A stretch of 64,000 nt of DNA from sequence record PV472050.1. The stretch is one strand, 5' to 3'. The translations under genes were made by a program, and so were the position numbers. The notes under the pieces are model-generated. The model was not told the DNA's origin and ran no database searches. It was given only the letters and a program-made list of their open reading frames with translations. Positions within the stretch are counted from its first letter, which is position 1; each line of letters opens with the position of its first letter. Below are positions 46,603 to 55,693 of the stretch, piece by piece.

Positions 46603-48885
46603 ATGCGAGCAACAGCAACTATCAGCAAAGCGAATCATTACTTCAGAATCAACGGGTTCTATGAGGAATTCGCGGTTCGGGTAATCTTACCGTTTTGTAA
46701 ACTGAATCTCTGCAAGATGGCTAAGAAGCCAATACCGGGTACCCGGAAGCAGGCGTGGTTTGTTCAACACGTCTTTGCTCGGTCGAATTATGACAAAAGT
46801 GAATACCGGCTACCCATTGAAACCCTTAAAGAGTTTGTGGAATTTGCGGGCTACAGGGGGTATAAAGAATCCCGCCTGAAGATTCAGGATGAACCGGAGA
46901 TCGAAGGCAAGGATGTTGTATTCGAATTCAATCCAGGGTTTGATCAGTTCAGGGAGGGCCAAGGTGAATGGATCGACTACATGCTGAGCGATGGCCACCT
47001 GAAGGTCAATAACGCCTCCACGGGCTTTGGGAAGATGCAACCGCTGTACGCGAAGATCAAAGTCCCGGGTGGTTGGAAGACCATGGGAGAGATGACCGTC
47101 GGTACGGAGGTCATTGCAGCGGATGGTACGGTCACTCAGGTGACCGGTGTTTACCCGCATGGTAAACAACCCATCTACCGTTTGCACTTCGAAGACGGGC
47201 GTTATACCGACGCGGGACTGGATCACCTGTGGAAAGTGTTTACAGAGGAGACTCAGGCATGGACAGTCGTTGATACCCGTTCCGTACAGACCCTGTTGGC
47301 GAAAGAGCCAGAAGGGGTATTTATCCCTCTGTGTGAGCCTGAAGACGGTCCAGAGAAGCCCTTTGTACCGGACCAATTGGAAGGTTCCCGCCAACAACGG
47401 CTGGAATACTTACGGCGACTCATGGATGAGAAAGGGTATGTGCGTGATGACGGTAGCCTGTCCTTTTCCAGTGAGGATGAGTGGGAAAGCACTACGGTTC
47501 AATACCTGGTTAGGAGTCTAGGAGGTATTGCTCGAAAGGTACCGTCTACAGGACTGTACCGCCGCAGGCAATACCGGGTGTATATCAAGTACCCTCGTCC
47601 CGAGGAACTCTTTACCTTAGCGAATAAGGGTGGTGACCTGGCATCAAAGTCGGGTAACCAGTCCCTTAAGCTCCGGGTGAGTCGTATTGAATTCATTGGG
47701 GAACACGAAGCCCAGTGTATCTCTGTAGCGCACCCGGATCGTCTGTACATCACCGATGACTTCATTGTCACTCACAACACGTATATGGCCATCCACAGCA
47801 TGGTGAAGATTGGTAAACGGACGTTAATCACCATGCAACCCCGTTACCAGATCAACTGGATACGGGAACTCAACAAGATCGTTAAACTCATTCCAGGGGA
47901 TCTCTTAATCTGGGAGAATACCCTGGAATCGTTGTATGAGTGTTTAGAAGACGGGAAGTTTGATCCTAAGATCATTATTATTCCGATGTCTCGTATTGAG
48001 GTCTTCCTCCGTAAAGGGAAAGAGACCCGAGACGGGTTACATATGGATGATTTGATCAAACGGATCAATCCGGGATTAAGGATCATTGATGAAGGGCATG
48101 AAGCGATTCATCAGATCTTCTTGTCCCTAATGTTTGGGAATATCAAGAAACTCTTCCTGCTCTCAGCCACCTTGAAAGCAGACGATCCCTTTACGAACAA
48201 GATGTACCAATACTTGTTCCCTAAGCGGCTACGGTTAAAGGAGGCAGAACCCGAGCATTACATCGATGTAGTGGCGTACCTGTATCGCCTCAACACCCGT
48301 CGTTATCATCTCAAGACGGATCAGTTTGGGGCGTATAACGATAAGACGTTTGAAAAGAGCATCTTAAAGTCGGGTGTACTCCTGGCATTCTACTTTAAAC
48401 TGGTTAATAAGGCCTTTAAGGAGTATTACCTCAATGTGAGGCGTGAGGGAACGAAGTGCTTGTTCTTCTTCTCCAGGGTCAGTATGTGCGATGCCATGTT
48501 GGAACTGTTCAGGAAAGAATATCCCGGCTGGGATTTCGAAACCTTTACTGGGGACGATTCCAAGCTGAAAGATAAGAAGGACAAGTACTTAAAGCACGAG
48601 ATCATCATTACGACTCCGAACAGTTGTGGGACAGGTAAGGATATCGGGGGGTTGGTAACGGTGATCTGCGCCCACACGGTTGCGTCGACTCAGGCTAATA
48701 AGCAGATCATTGGACGACTCAGGGCGTTGTCGGGTAAGTTCAATAATGAGATCGACCCTGCCTTTGTGTTCCTGGTGTGTTTGGACTTAGCGAAGCACGT
48801 GGAATACTTAGCCAAACGGGAACAGGTGTTCTTTGAGAAACAGAAGACCTTCAAGCGTATCAATTCGGAATGCTCCCTGGACTGA
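46603..48885 (+). CDS. SF2 DEAH-type helicase, intein-containing (phiKZ gp75-like; about 512 aa spliced)
   Basis: STGFGK|T Walker A, IIDEGHE, LSAT, GTGKDI, QIIGRLR. Confidence 0.9.
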   Translation: MRATATISKANHYFRINGFYEEFAVRVILPFCKLNLCKMAKKPIPGTRKQAWFVQHVFARSNYDKSEYRLPIETLKEFVEFAGYRGYKESRLKIQDEPEIEGKDVVFEFNPGFDQFREGQGEWIDYMLSDGHLKVNNASTGFGKMQPLYAKIKVPGGWKTMGEMTVGTEVIAADGTVTQVTGVYPHGKQPIYRLHFEDGRYTDAGLDHLWKVFTEETQAWTVVDTRSVQTLLAKEPEGVFIPLCEPEDGPEKPFVPDQLEGSRQQRLEYLRRLMDEKGYVRDDGSLSFSSEDEWESTTVQYLVRSLGGIARKVPSTGLYRRRQYRVYIKYPRPEELFTLANKGGDLASKSGNQSLKLRVSRIEFIGEHEAQCISVAHPDRLYITDDFIVTHNTYMAIHSMVKIGKRTLITMQPRYQINWIRELNKIVKLIPGDLLIWENTLESLYECLEDGKFDPKIIIIPMSRIEVFLRKGKETRDGLHMDDLIKRINPGLRIIDEGHEAIHQIFLSLMFGNIKKLFLLSATLKADDPFTNKMYQYLFPKRLRLKEAEPEHYIDVVAYLYRLNTRRYHLKTDQFGAYNDKTFEKSILKSGVLLAFYFKLVNKAFKEYYLNVRREGTKCLFFFSRVSMCDAMLELFRKEYPGWDFETFTGDDSKLKDKKDKYLKHEIIITTPNSCGTGKDIGGLVTVICAHTVASTQANKQIIGRLRALSGKFNNEIDPAFVFLVCLDLAKHVEYLAKREQVFFEKQKTFKRINSECSLD
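47035..47778 (+). mobile_element. class 3 intein (248 aa, N-terminal Met), endonuclease partly deleted
   Basis: MQPLYAKIK, LDHLW, AQCISV, IVTHN|T; block C absent. Confidence 0.9.
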
Positions 48886-48925
48886 GGTCCCAGGGAGGTT
48901 CCCTTTATGTCGGGGTACTGCGACT

Positions 48926-49351
48926 ATGCCGCTATTCAAACGTCAGCCCATGCTGATCATTTCATGCCCTAACATCGGACAGATCAGCTGGGTAGCCACC
49001 CAGTTGGTCGAGGATTCCCTTTACCACATCTTTGCGGATGGCTCACTCGTTGAAGATGATATTCTGGAAGAATGGTTAGAAACCGAAACCGAAAACATCC
49101 TTTTCGATGAAGAGGGACAGGTTAAAATGTCCCCCCTACTGCACGAGCAGGAATATTGGAACCTGGTTAAGGATCCTCACGCCATGACCGAGTTTTACAT
49201 GGACGAAGCTCTCGGTATTCTGGATCACCTTTTCCAGTTAAATAAGGACAAGCTCGCAGAGGTGTCAAATACGCTCTCTGTTGAACGTTACTGGGTAATC
49301 CGACACCTACCTAACCATTGGCTCATAAAACTCTATGGTGACCCTAAATGA
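48926..49351 (+). CDS. hypothetical protein (about 141 aa)
   Basis: ATG 48926 or 48950; stop coupled to the next gene; track start lies within the helicase gene. Confidence 0.6.
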   Translation: MPLFKRQPMLIISCPNIGQISWVATQLVEDSLYHIFADGSLVEDDILEEWLETETENILFDEEGQVKMSPLLHEQEYWNLVKDPHAMTEFYMDEALGILDHLFQLNKDKLAEVSNTLSVERYWVIRHLPNHWLIKLYGDPK

Positions 49352-49728
49352 CCTATTCCTGCAACCCTCACAGCCGTACTGTTAAGTCCCAGAACGTCAG
49401 AACCCCCGGAATGGAGTCTCTGCGTCAGAAATTCATCCTGAAGATTCTGGTAACCGAACGGGTTCGATGCTTCATGGATGAAGTGAACTTTGATATGTCA
49501 GGTGAGTTTATCCGTAAGTTCATTACAGTGCCTCCGGAGTATACGGAACCTGAAACCATTGAACAGTACATCCAAACCGAAGTACTGGACGTTATGGAAG
49601 CGTTTAAGCAGTATGAGGAGAATGCGGTGTACCAGGAGGACCTAAAAGCCCTGTTGCCGTATAAAGGTCATCGGTGGCATCTGGTGTCTTCAACAGACTC
49701 CGGAGTACTGATTACAGTCGAGGCGTAG
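49348..49728 (+). CDS. hypothetical protein (126 aa)
   Basis: ATGA coupling. Confidence 0.7.
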   Translation: MTYSCNPHSRTVKSQNVRTPGMESLRQKFILKILVTERVRCFMDEVNFDMSGEFIRKFITVPPEYTEPETIEQYIQTEVLDVMEAFKQYEENAVYQEDLKALLPYKGHRWHLVSSTDSGVLITVEA

Positions 49729-49733
49729 GGTGT

Positions 49734-50213
49734 ATGAAGTCTGTTATCATTAACCTCGATCCTGATACCCGAGCGGAGCTGTATGCGGATGTTTCCAATA
49801 CACTCATGGATTTCATCCTGATAGAAGCCTTAACGATCGCTTTAAAGGACTATTCGTCATCCGTAGAAACGCTCCAAGACGCTATAGCCGATCCTGAATA
49901 CTACAAAAACGATCCGGATACGAACATTGAACAGTCAATTGAATTACTGCTCGATGTACTGAAAGAGCTAGACCGACAGGATGGAGAAGATGTCGAGTCT
50001 CCCTTTTACGACGTGTCCAGTTATTCGGATTGGCTCAGGGATAAACTGTGTTTAGCCATTAGCTCCATAACAGATGCTAATGGCCCCTTGGATTTCATGA
50101 TGTTGAATGACGTCCTCACTCTTCCTGAACTCAGTAAACAGTTCAACTTCCAAGGGAAACACCTGAATAACCGTGTTGTCATGTTGCTAACCGGAGTCGA
50201 TGACCATCTCTAG
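49734..50213 (+). CDS. acidic hypothetical protein (159 aa)
   Basis: ATG 49734 just after the upstream stop. Confidence 0.7.
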   Translation: MKSVIINLDPDTRAELYADVSNTLMDFILIEALTIALKDYSSSVETLQDAIADPEYYKNDPDTNIEQSIELLLDVLKELDRQDGEDVESPFYDVSSYSDWLRDKLCLAISSITDANGPLDFMMLNDVLTLPELSKQFNFQGKHLNNRVVMLLTGVDDHL

Positions 50214-50225
50214 ACAGTACGCGTA

Positions 50226-50259
50226 TACTACCTCCCTTCCGCAAGGAAGGGAGGTAGTA
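50226..50259. terminator. bidirectional terminator
   Basis: 15-bp stem TACTACCTCCCTTCC/GGAAGGGAGGTAGTA, GCAA loop. Confidence 0.8.
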
Positions 50260-50277
50260 GTCGTTTATTTATTTATT

Positions 50278-51573
50278 TCAATGCCACTCCAAATCCAACA
50301 GGTTCGTTTTACTACCTGCAGTGTGATGGGCTTTCATGCGCTGCAATAAAAATGCAGTAGGAATCAAGACCACTTCAGAGCTGAGACGATGCCCTAAAGC
50401 CCCTAGACCTTCCCCACAACAGGTCTTACAGTAGTAACCGTCCTTTAGGGTACAGAACTGAGGGACTCTGGCTTGTACGGGTTTATTAACGTAACGATCC
50501 AGGTTTTCAGTAGTGAGCTGTATCAGGACTTTCCCATCCTGGATCCACGTTCCTACCCAGTACCCTTTATTGGTTGGCAGGATCGTAACAGTTTCTGTTA
50601 CCGGGGTACCACAATCCACGATATCCTCGCTAACGGCTGTACGGCCTATTAGACGCAACGTTTCCTTAACCCTAGCCCCACCTTCACCGGTGGACATAGA
50701 ACGGCTGTAAGAGCCCTCTACGGCCGTATTAATGTAGTCCGCCAAGAAGTTCGGATCCCAACCCTCCGCCAGGGAGTTAGGGAGCAGTACCCAACCGTCT
50801 CCTGAGGCACTGGGTTCAATACCGAAGGAAATGAACATCCGCTTACGCGAGTTGTCAATAAACTTCTTTGCAATAAAGAACTTACGGCTAGGACCAGACA
50901 TTACGATCTTCATGTCCAGCGCCACACACTGATCAATAATCGAGGTGGCAACAACCGGATCATTGAGTTCGTCTTTATGCTCTTTAAAGAGACGATCCCG
51001 GAGTTTAATGACTTCAGGACTCACCGTTAGGGCGTCCACACCACCCGGTTTAATGAAGTGAGACCCTAACCCTTCCAGGAACTGGCAGTTATGGGAGAAC
51101 TTCAAACACTGGTCTACACTGGCTTTCCCCTCAGGTACCGCTTCCCCCGGTGGGGGATTATCCACCATGAGAGTTTCCAAGATCTTCAAGATAACCGGTT
51201 TGGTGAACTCCTGGTTAAGGTAGGGTTGGGTCTTCCTGAAGCATTCCCAGAAGAGGATAACGTTGAAGAGTAAGAGTCCAAAGGTAGTCGTGACTGCTTT
51301 ACCTTGCAACACGGGATGGAAGTCTCCCGGGAGTTCCAGGATTTCATCCATGTAGAACAGGGGTTCATTCACCTCCCCATTTACGGTATGGGTAGAACCC
51401 TCTACCACGACATTGAACCGATTATTCTCCACAAAGACAGCATAGGGGTATTTCTTGAACTGTCCAGAGGAATCTTCGTCTTCAAACTGGATAGTAATAA
51501 TCGATTGAATAGCCGCCTTTTCGTTATAGGCTCGGTTATTCAGAAAGAGTTTAAGGTAGTCGAGTTTAGTCAT
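50278..51573 (-). CDS. virion RNA polymerase beta' C-terminal fragment (phiKZ gp80-like)
   Basis: bridge-helix-like SMSTGEGGARVK, DCGT, Zn site RVPQFC...CKTCCG, trigger-loop-like QRMKAHHTAG. Confidence 0.8.
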   Translation of the reverse strand: MTKLDYLKLFLNNRAYNEKAAIQSIITIQFEDEDSSGQFKKYPYAVFVENNRFNVVVEGSTHTVNGEVNEPLFYMDEILELPGDFHPVLQGKAVTTTFGLLLFNVILFWECFRKTQPYLNQEFTKPVILKILETLMVDNPPPGEAVPEGKASVDQCLKFSHNCQFLEGLGSHFIKPGGVDALTVSPEVIKLRDRLFKEHKDELNDPVVATSIIDQCVALDMKIVMSGPSRKFFIAKKFIDNSRKRMFISFGIEPSASGDGWVLLPNSLAEGWDPNFLADYINTAVEGSYSRSMSTGEGGARVKETLRLIGRTAVSEDIVDCGTPVTETVTILPTNKGYWVGTWIQDGKVLIQLTTENLDRYVNKPVQARVPQFCTLKDGYYCKTCCGEGLGALGHRLSSEVVLIPTAFLLQRMKAHHTAGSKTNLLDLEWH

Positions 51574-52469
51574 GGGAGTTCCACTCGCTGAATAAGGTCT
51601 TCAATACGGGTCAACGTCAGAGGATCTTCAATGACCGAATAGAGGTATTGGGTCATCTTATCCTTAAGCCATTCGTTATTGATTTCAGACACCAGGAAGA
51701 ACCCAATAACCTCCTTGGCATACTGAAGGGTACTGTCTTCCGTTTGTTGAGCCAGGAGAACTTCCAAGTTACGACTGTAGAAACTCAGGAAGCTCTTTAC
51801 ACTCCCTCCCAGTTGTCCGTTCTTCTTAACGTGTTCAAAGGCCAGAGTTCCTTCAATAAGGGTTGCATTCGCCCGAATACGCTGTTCAATAGGGGTGGGA
51901 ACGTTCTCAATCTCCTCGGGGTTAAAGAGAGCGTCCTTAATGGCTTTAAGGGTGACTTCTGAAACATCCTCAATAAAGGTTTCGTACTCTGACAGGTCGA
52001 GGTCTTCACCCAGGTAGAGTTGCATCACCAGGAACAGTCGGTTCACAGGGGGGATGTCATACGCCTCCAAGACGTGTTTAAGACCAATCAGGTCTTCGTA
52101 CTCCTGCAACTCCATAAAGAACGACAACAACCGAGTTAAAGCAGGGAGGTTGTCTTCACCCAGGAAATCGTGATTGAAAACGAACCCTAGCTGTTCCAAC
52201 ACATCGATTATATTGGTCGTTAGGATCAAATACACCTGATGCTTCTTAGCCGGGATATCCAAAGCTTCATTAATCAACAGATCAGTCAGTTGACTGGGCA
52301 TCAAGGACTCAGGTTGACTGAGCATAATTAAATTAAACGATTCATCCAATTCTTTAGCCTGATTGGCGGGTATGGCGTTCCGGAGTTCTGACCAGAGACC
52401 CCCTACCAGGGTGTCAGCCAGGGACGCTCCCTCTTCCAGGGTAACAGATTCTTCATGCTCAATAATCAT
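51570..52469 (-). CDS. conserved phiKZ-like protein, probably virion-associated (299 aa)
   Basis: ATG 52469; coupled to the vRNAP fragment. Confidence 0.65.
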   Translation of the reverse strand: MIIEHEESVTLEEGASLADTLVGGLWSELRNAIPANQAKELDESFNLIMLSQPESLMPSQLTDLLINEALDIPAKKHQVYLILTTNIIDVLEQLGFVFNHDFLGEDNLPALTRLLSFFMELQEYEDLIGLKHVLEAYDIPPVNRLFLVMQLYLGEDLDLSEYETFIEDVSEVTLKAIKDALFNPEEIENVPTPIEQRIRANATLIEGTLAFEHVKKNGQLGGSVKSFLSFYSRNLEVLLAQQTEDSTLQYAKEVIGFFLVSEINNEWLKDKMTQYLYSVIEDPLTLTRIEDLIQRVELP

Positions 52470-52514
52470 TGGGTTAACTCTCGTAAAGTGCGTTTCCAAA
52501 GGGAATCATAGCAT

Positions 52515-53384
52515 ATGTCGACTAAACAACAACAGCGTCGGGTTAAGAAACTCAATAAGCGCAAGCAAGTGAGTAAGCAAAAACAACGGGCTAAGAACAT
52601 CCAGGAAGCTCACCTCCGCCAGGACTTTGGTAAAGGCTACCGGGGGGAGACCCTGAGTAAAGATGCCTTGTACGATAAGGTCAGGGGTGAAAACAAAGCC
52701 TTCTCGGTGCGCGACCTTATTAATAACCGTCAACGTCTGGCTGAGCTGGCTGAACAGATGAAGCTGACGGGTGATGAGGACATCCCTCAGCTCTTCAGTG
52801 GGGAAGAACTCCTCAATGCCATCAATGACATGATTACAGTCACCATTAAGCTCCACAGTGGGGTGATCGTGTACAACCGTCTGGTTGAAGAACGCCGCTT
52901 TGATATCAGTGAGGATGACCGTGCCTTACTGGAGAACTACGAACGCAAAGTGGTGGAGTTTGCGGAAGATGTCTCAGTCGTCACGACCCTGCATGAAGCG
53001 GGTCAACAACCCGAGGATTACTTTGAAGTCGTCCTTAACCTGGCTGATGTCATGGCGGCCCTCAGTGAGGAATTTGGGGAACCGGTTCTGGCTCTCATCA
53101 CCAAACGGGGTGATCTGATCGAAGCCTATGCCGTTGAACACAAACCTGAAGGACTGTCTGTCTACGATTACATGTGTCAACTTCACAGTGAACGTATTAC
53201 GGTTATCCAACAGCTGTACGGTGAGAGCCGGCTGAATGACGTCTTTAACGAATTGCACACCCTGGAGCAAGAACTCCCAGATTCCCCTGAAGAGATCCCG
53301 GGTGATAACCTCCCCTTCCCTGAGAAGGAAGAGGTCGGCGAATTCATCGCTATTTCCAACGATCCTGTCATTAACCCCCAGTAA
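52515..53384 (+). CDS. hypothetical protein with very basic N-terminus and acidic C-terminus
   Basis: KQQQRRVKKLNKRKQVSKQKQRAK; helical body. Confidence 0.75.
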   Translation: MSTKQQQRRVKKLNKRKQVSKQKQRAKNIQEAHLRQDFGKGYRGETLSKDALYDKVRGENKAFSVRDLINNRQRLAELAEQMKLTGDEDIPQLFSGEELLNAINDMITVTIKLHSGVIVYNRLVEERRFDISEDDRALLENYERKVVEFAEDVSVVTTLHEAGQQPEDYFEVVLNLADVMAALSEEFGEPVLALITKRGDLIEAYAVEHKPEGLSVYDYMCQLHSERITVIQQLYGESRLNDVFNELHTLEQELPDSPEEIPGDNLPFPEKEEVGEFIAISNDPVINPQ

Positions 53385-53396
53385 GGGACTGTTTGT

Positions 53397-55121
53397 ATGT
53401 CTGAGAATGTAACCCCGAACGAAAACCCTGAACTGACTCCCCCTTCGGAGTTGAGCAAAGCCGTTGAACAAACGATTCCCAAAACGGAGCCTTCCAGCCA
53501 CTTTGGCTTCATGGATACCCACACGCCTCAGAATACACCCATGAAGGAGGTGGTGGAGCCGCTCAACCCCATTACCAAAGAACTGGTTGAAGACGATCGA
53601 GCTAAGGGGTTCACCAGTATCTTCCTGGGGGTTGGTAAAGAAGAGAATGAGAAAGCGGCTGAACTGATTACCAACTGGAGTGCGTGGAACACGTTCAAAG
53701 AATTGAATAAGGTAGGGGAGGTTTCCCCAACGGTCTTTGCATCGGCTAAGCAAGACTGGGATGCCTTTGTTCAAGAGAACTACCCGGATGTGAATCCCAA
53801 TGAGTTGGAGAAGACCGCTAGTGATCTGTTCAAGTTCATGAACAGTCTTCAGGAGAACCTCCAACTTCGTACCCGCATGGTGCGGGAAGAGAATATTACC
53901 AACGCCTCGCGTAGGTGTGATAAACTCACCACGACCGATATCGTGGGTAAGACCCCGTCGGTGAATAAGAAAGGGTTGAGTATTGCAGATCGCATGATTC
54001 GCTCGACCATTCGTTCGTCGGGGGGTGTATACCAGTATAACCAACTGCTGCGTAATTCGTTCCTGAGTATTACGTGGGAACGTCCTCAGAAGCTGGAAGT
54101 CGCCGATCTCATCAACAACATTAACCGCCGTATTCGGGGGTATGTACGGCGGGTCGGTGGGAACGCCATGGCGTTGTCTTACATTGCGGGGTATATTGAG
54201 ATCTGGGATTGGTTGAAGCCCCGTTTGGTCAGCAGCAGTGTCAAAGGCCTGGCGGATTTCGATGACCTCAGCAAGGTGATCCGTATTACGGACATGCCGG
54301 TGATCTGTGCGGGTCTTTTGGCGTCGATTACGGATGACGGCGTCCAAATGGACCTCCGCTGTATGAACCCCAGCTGTGACTGGTATCAGTTCGATCTCAT
54401 CGATCCGACTAAGTTGGTGCAGCGCCGTCCGTCGATTGAGACCGATGAAGAGGCCGCTTTCTTTGGTAATATCTTCAGTGGGCGTGAACAACACACCGTT
54501 GATGAAATCCTCAAGATGATCGAACAGTCCACCTACGGGATGGACAATCGGTACGTGTACAACGAGGATCAATCCATTCGTCTGAAAGTAGGACCTCCCA
54601 GTCTGTCGGATGCCTTCGCTACCTTCGACTATTTCGTAGGGCGGGTAGATAAGCAGTTGGCGGATATTAGCAACAAGGTCAACACGGAACAAGACCTGGA
54701 AGAGCAACGTCTCCTTCTGCTTAACAGCTTGAGTGGGGCGGAGTACATGCACTGGGTGGAAGAGTTCGCTATTATGCCACCTCCGGGTGAAGACAGTGAA
54801 CCCCAGATCATTAAGCGGGCCAAGGAAGACCCTAACGAGTTCAACAAAGGCCTTATGGACTCCCTGCTGACCGATGAGGTGATGAATAAGAACTTGGTGT
54901 TGTTCGTCTACAATAAGGCGCCTTATCTGACCCGGACCTTTATTGGTGTCCGTAACTTCGTGTGTCCGAAGTGCGGTACGGAGTCGGATGCTCACCAAGA
55001 GGATCGTAAACTCGGGTATACCCCGATCGATGCCTTTATGAGTTTTTTTATCCATTCCCAGCTGATGTTGATGAATCTGGCGATGGAGCGTCAAAAGGTA
55101 AACAACGAAGCCCTCTCCTGA
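53397..55121 (+). CDS. putative tail/baseplate-hub assembly chaperone (574 aa)
   Basis: CMNPSC and CPKC Zn-ribbon-like pairs as in T4 gp26/gp51-type chaperones; slippery heptamer 24 codons before the stop. Confidence 0.5.
   Translation: MSENVTPNENPELTPPSELSKAVEQTIPKTEPSSHFGFMDTHTPQNTPMKEVVEPLNPITKELVEDDRAKGFTSIFLGVGKEENEKAAELITNWSAWNTFKELNKVGEVSPTVFASAKQDWDAFVQENYPDVNPNELEKTASDLFKFMNSLQENLQLRTRMVREENITNASRRCDKLTTTDIVGKTPSVNKKGLSIADRMIRSTIRSSGGVYQYNQLLRNSFLSITWERPQKLEVADLINNINRRIRGYVRRVGGNAMALSYIAGYIEIWDWLKPRLVSSSVKGLADFDDLSKVIRITDMPVICAGLLASITDDGVQMDLRCMNPSCDWYQFDLIDPTKLVQRRPSIETDEEAAFFGNIFSGREQHTVDEILKMIEQSTYGMDNRYVYNEDQSIRLKVGPPSLSDAFATFDYFVGRVDKQLADISNKVNTEQDLEEQRLLLLNSLSGAEYMHWVEEFAIMPPPGEDSEPQIIKRAKEDPNEFNKGLMDSLLTDEVMNKNLVLFVYNKAPYLTRTFIGVRNFVCPKCGTESDAHQEDRKLGYTPIDAFMSFFIHSQLMLMNLAMERQKVNNEALS
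55043..55049 (+). promoter_or_regulatory. candidate -1 ribosomal frameshift site T TTT TTT
   Basis: in-phase X XXY YYZ heptamer (AGT TTT TTT ATC); -1 frame open 55010-55591. Confidence 0.6.
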
Positions 55122-55216
55122 TTGGCGGTAAAGCGATTCACAATCCGGAGTTCTCGGCGGTTTACTTAAACCTCCAGAAGCAAGATCTCAGTGGTCTCAA
55201 GGAAGAGACTATCCTG

Positions 55217-55591
55217 TTGAACAACCAAGCGTTGCATGACATCAACATGGGATATGTCTCACCCCGTAATCTCCCCCCTCACCAATCGATTAAGTTCTTT
55301 CCGTCTGAAGTCCGGTATTACCACCCCTTCTCGTATGAGAGTATAGGAGAGTATTACGGGACTTTTCGGCTGGATGAATACCTGCCCTTAAAGGATTACT
55401 TGGAATTGCCCGCTAACTGTGCAGACACGTTGGTTAAGGCCGTTCAAAAGGGACGGGAAAAACGGTTGGCAATGGAGAAAGAACATCTGAAGGAAGAGGA
55501 AGAGAAACAGGCGAAGAGTGGGGGTAAACGAACCGCCTCGGAGTCGGTTTCTATGGATGCATTACTGGATCAATTGTCTAAACTTCGTTAA
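55217..55591 (+). CDS. chaperone GT-like C-terminal segment, probably reached by frameshift from the upstream gene
   Basis: only a TTG or SD-less ATG start; frame open 58 codons upstream to the slippery site; EYLPLKDYLELP...DTLV followed by a charged coil. Confidence 0.6.
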   Translation: MNNQALHDINMGYVSPRNLPPHQSIKFFPSEVRYYHPFSYESIGEYYGTFRLDEYLPLKDYLELPANCADTLVKAVQKGREKRLAMEKEHLKEEEEKQAKSGGKRTASESVSMDALLDQLSKLR

Positions 55592-55600
55592 GAGAATGGG

Positions 55601-55629
55601 TAACCTGGGGGCCTAGAGCCCCCAGGTTA
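55601..55629 (+). terminator. terminator hairpin
   Basis: 12-bp stem TAACCTGGGGGC/GCCCCCAGGTTA. Confidence 0.65.
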
Positions 55630-55693
55630 TCTTATGACATACATGGTGACACCTCGTCTCTATACCGCTGTCCAACTGAAAAGGGCCCTCCTA

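Noticed and set aside
52974-55094. 706-aa minus-strand ORF
   Set aside because: Antisense shadow across two real genes; unnatural composition.
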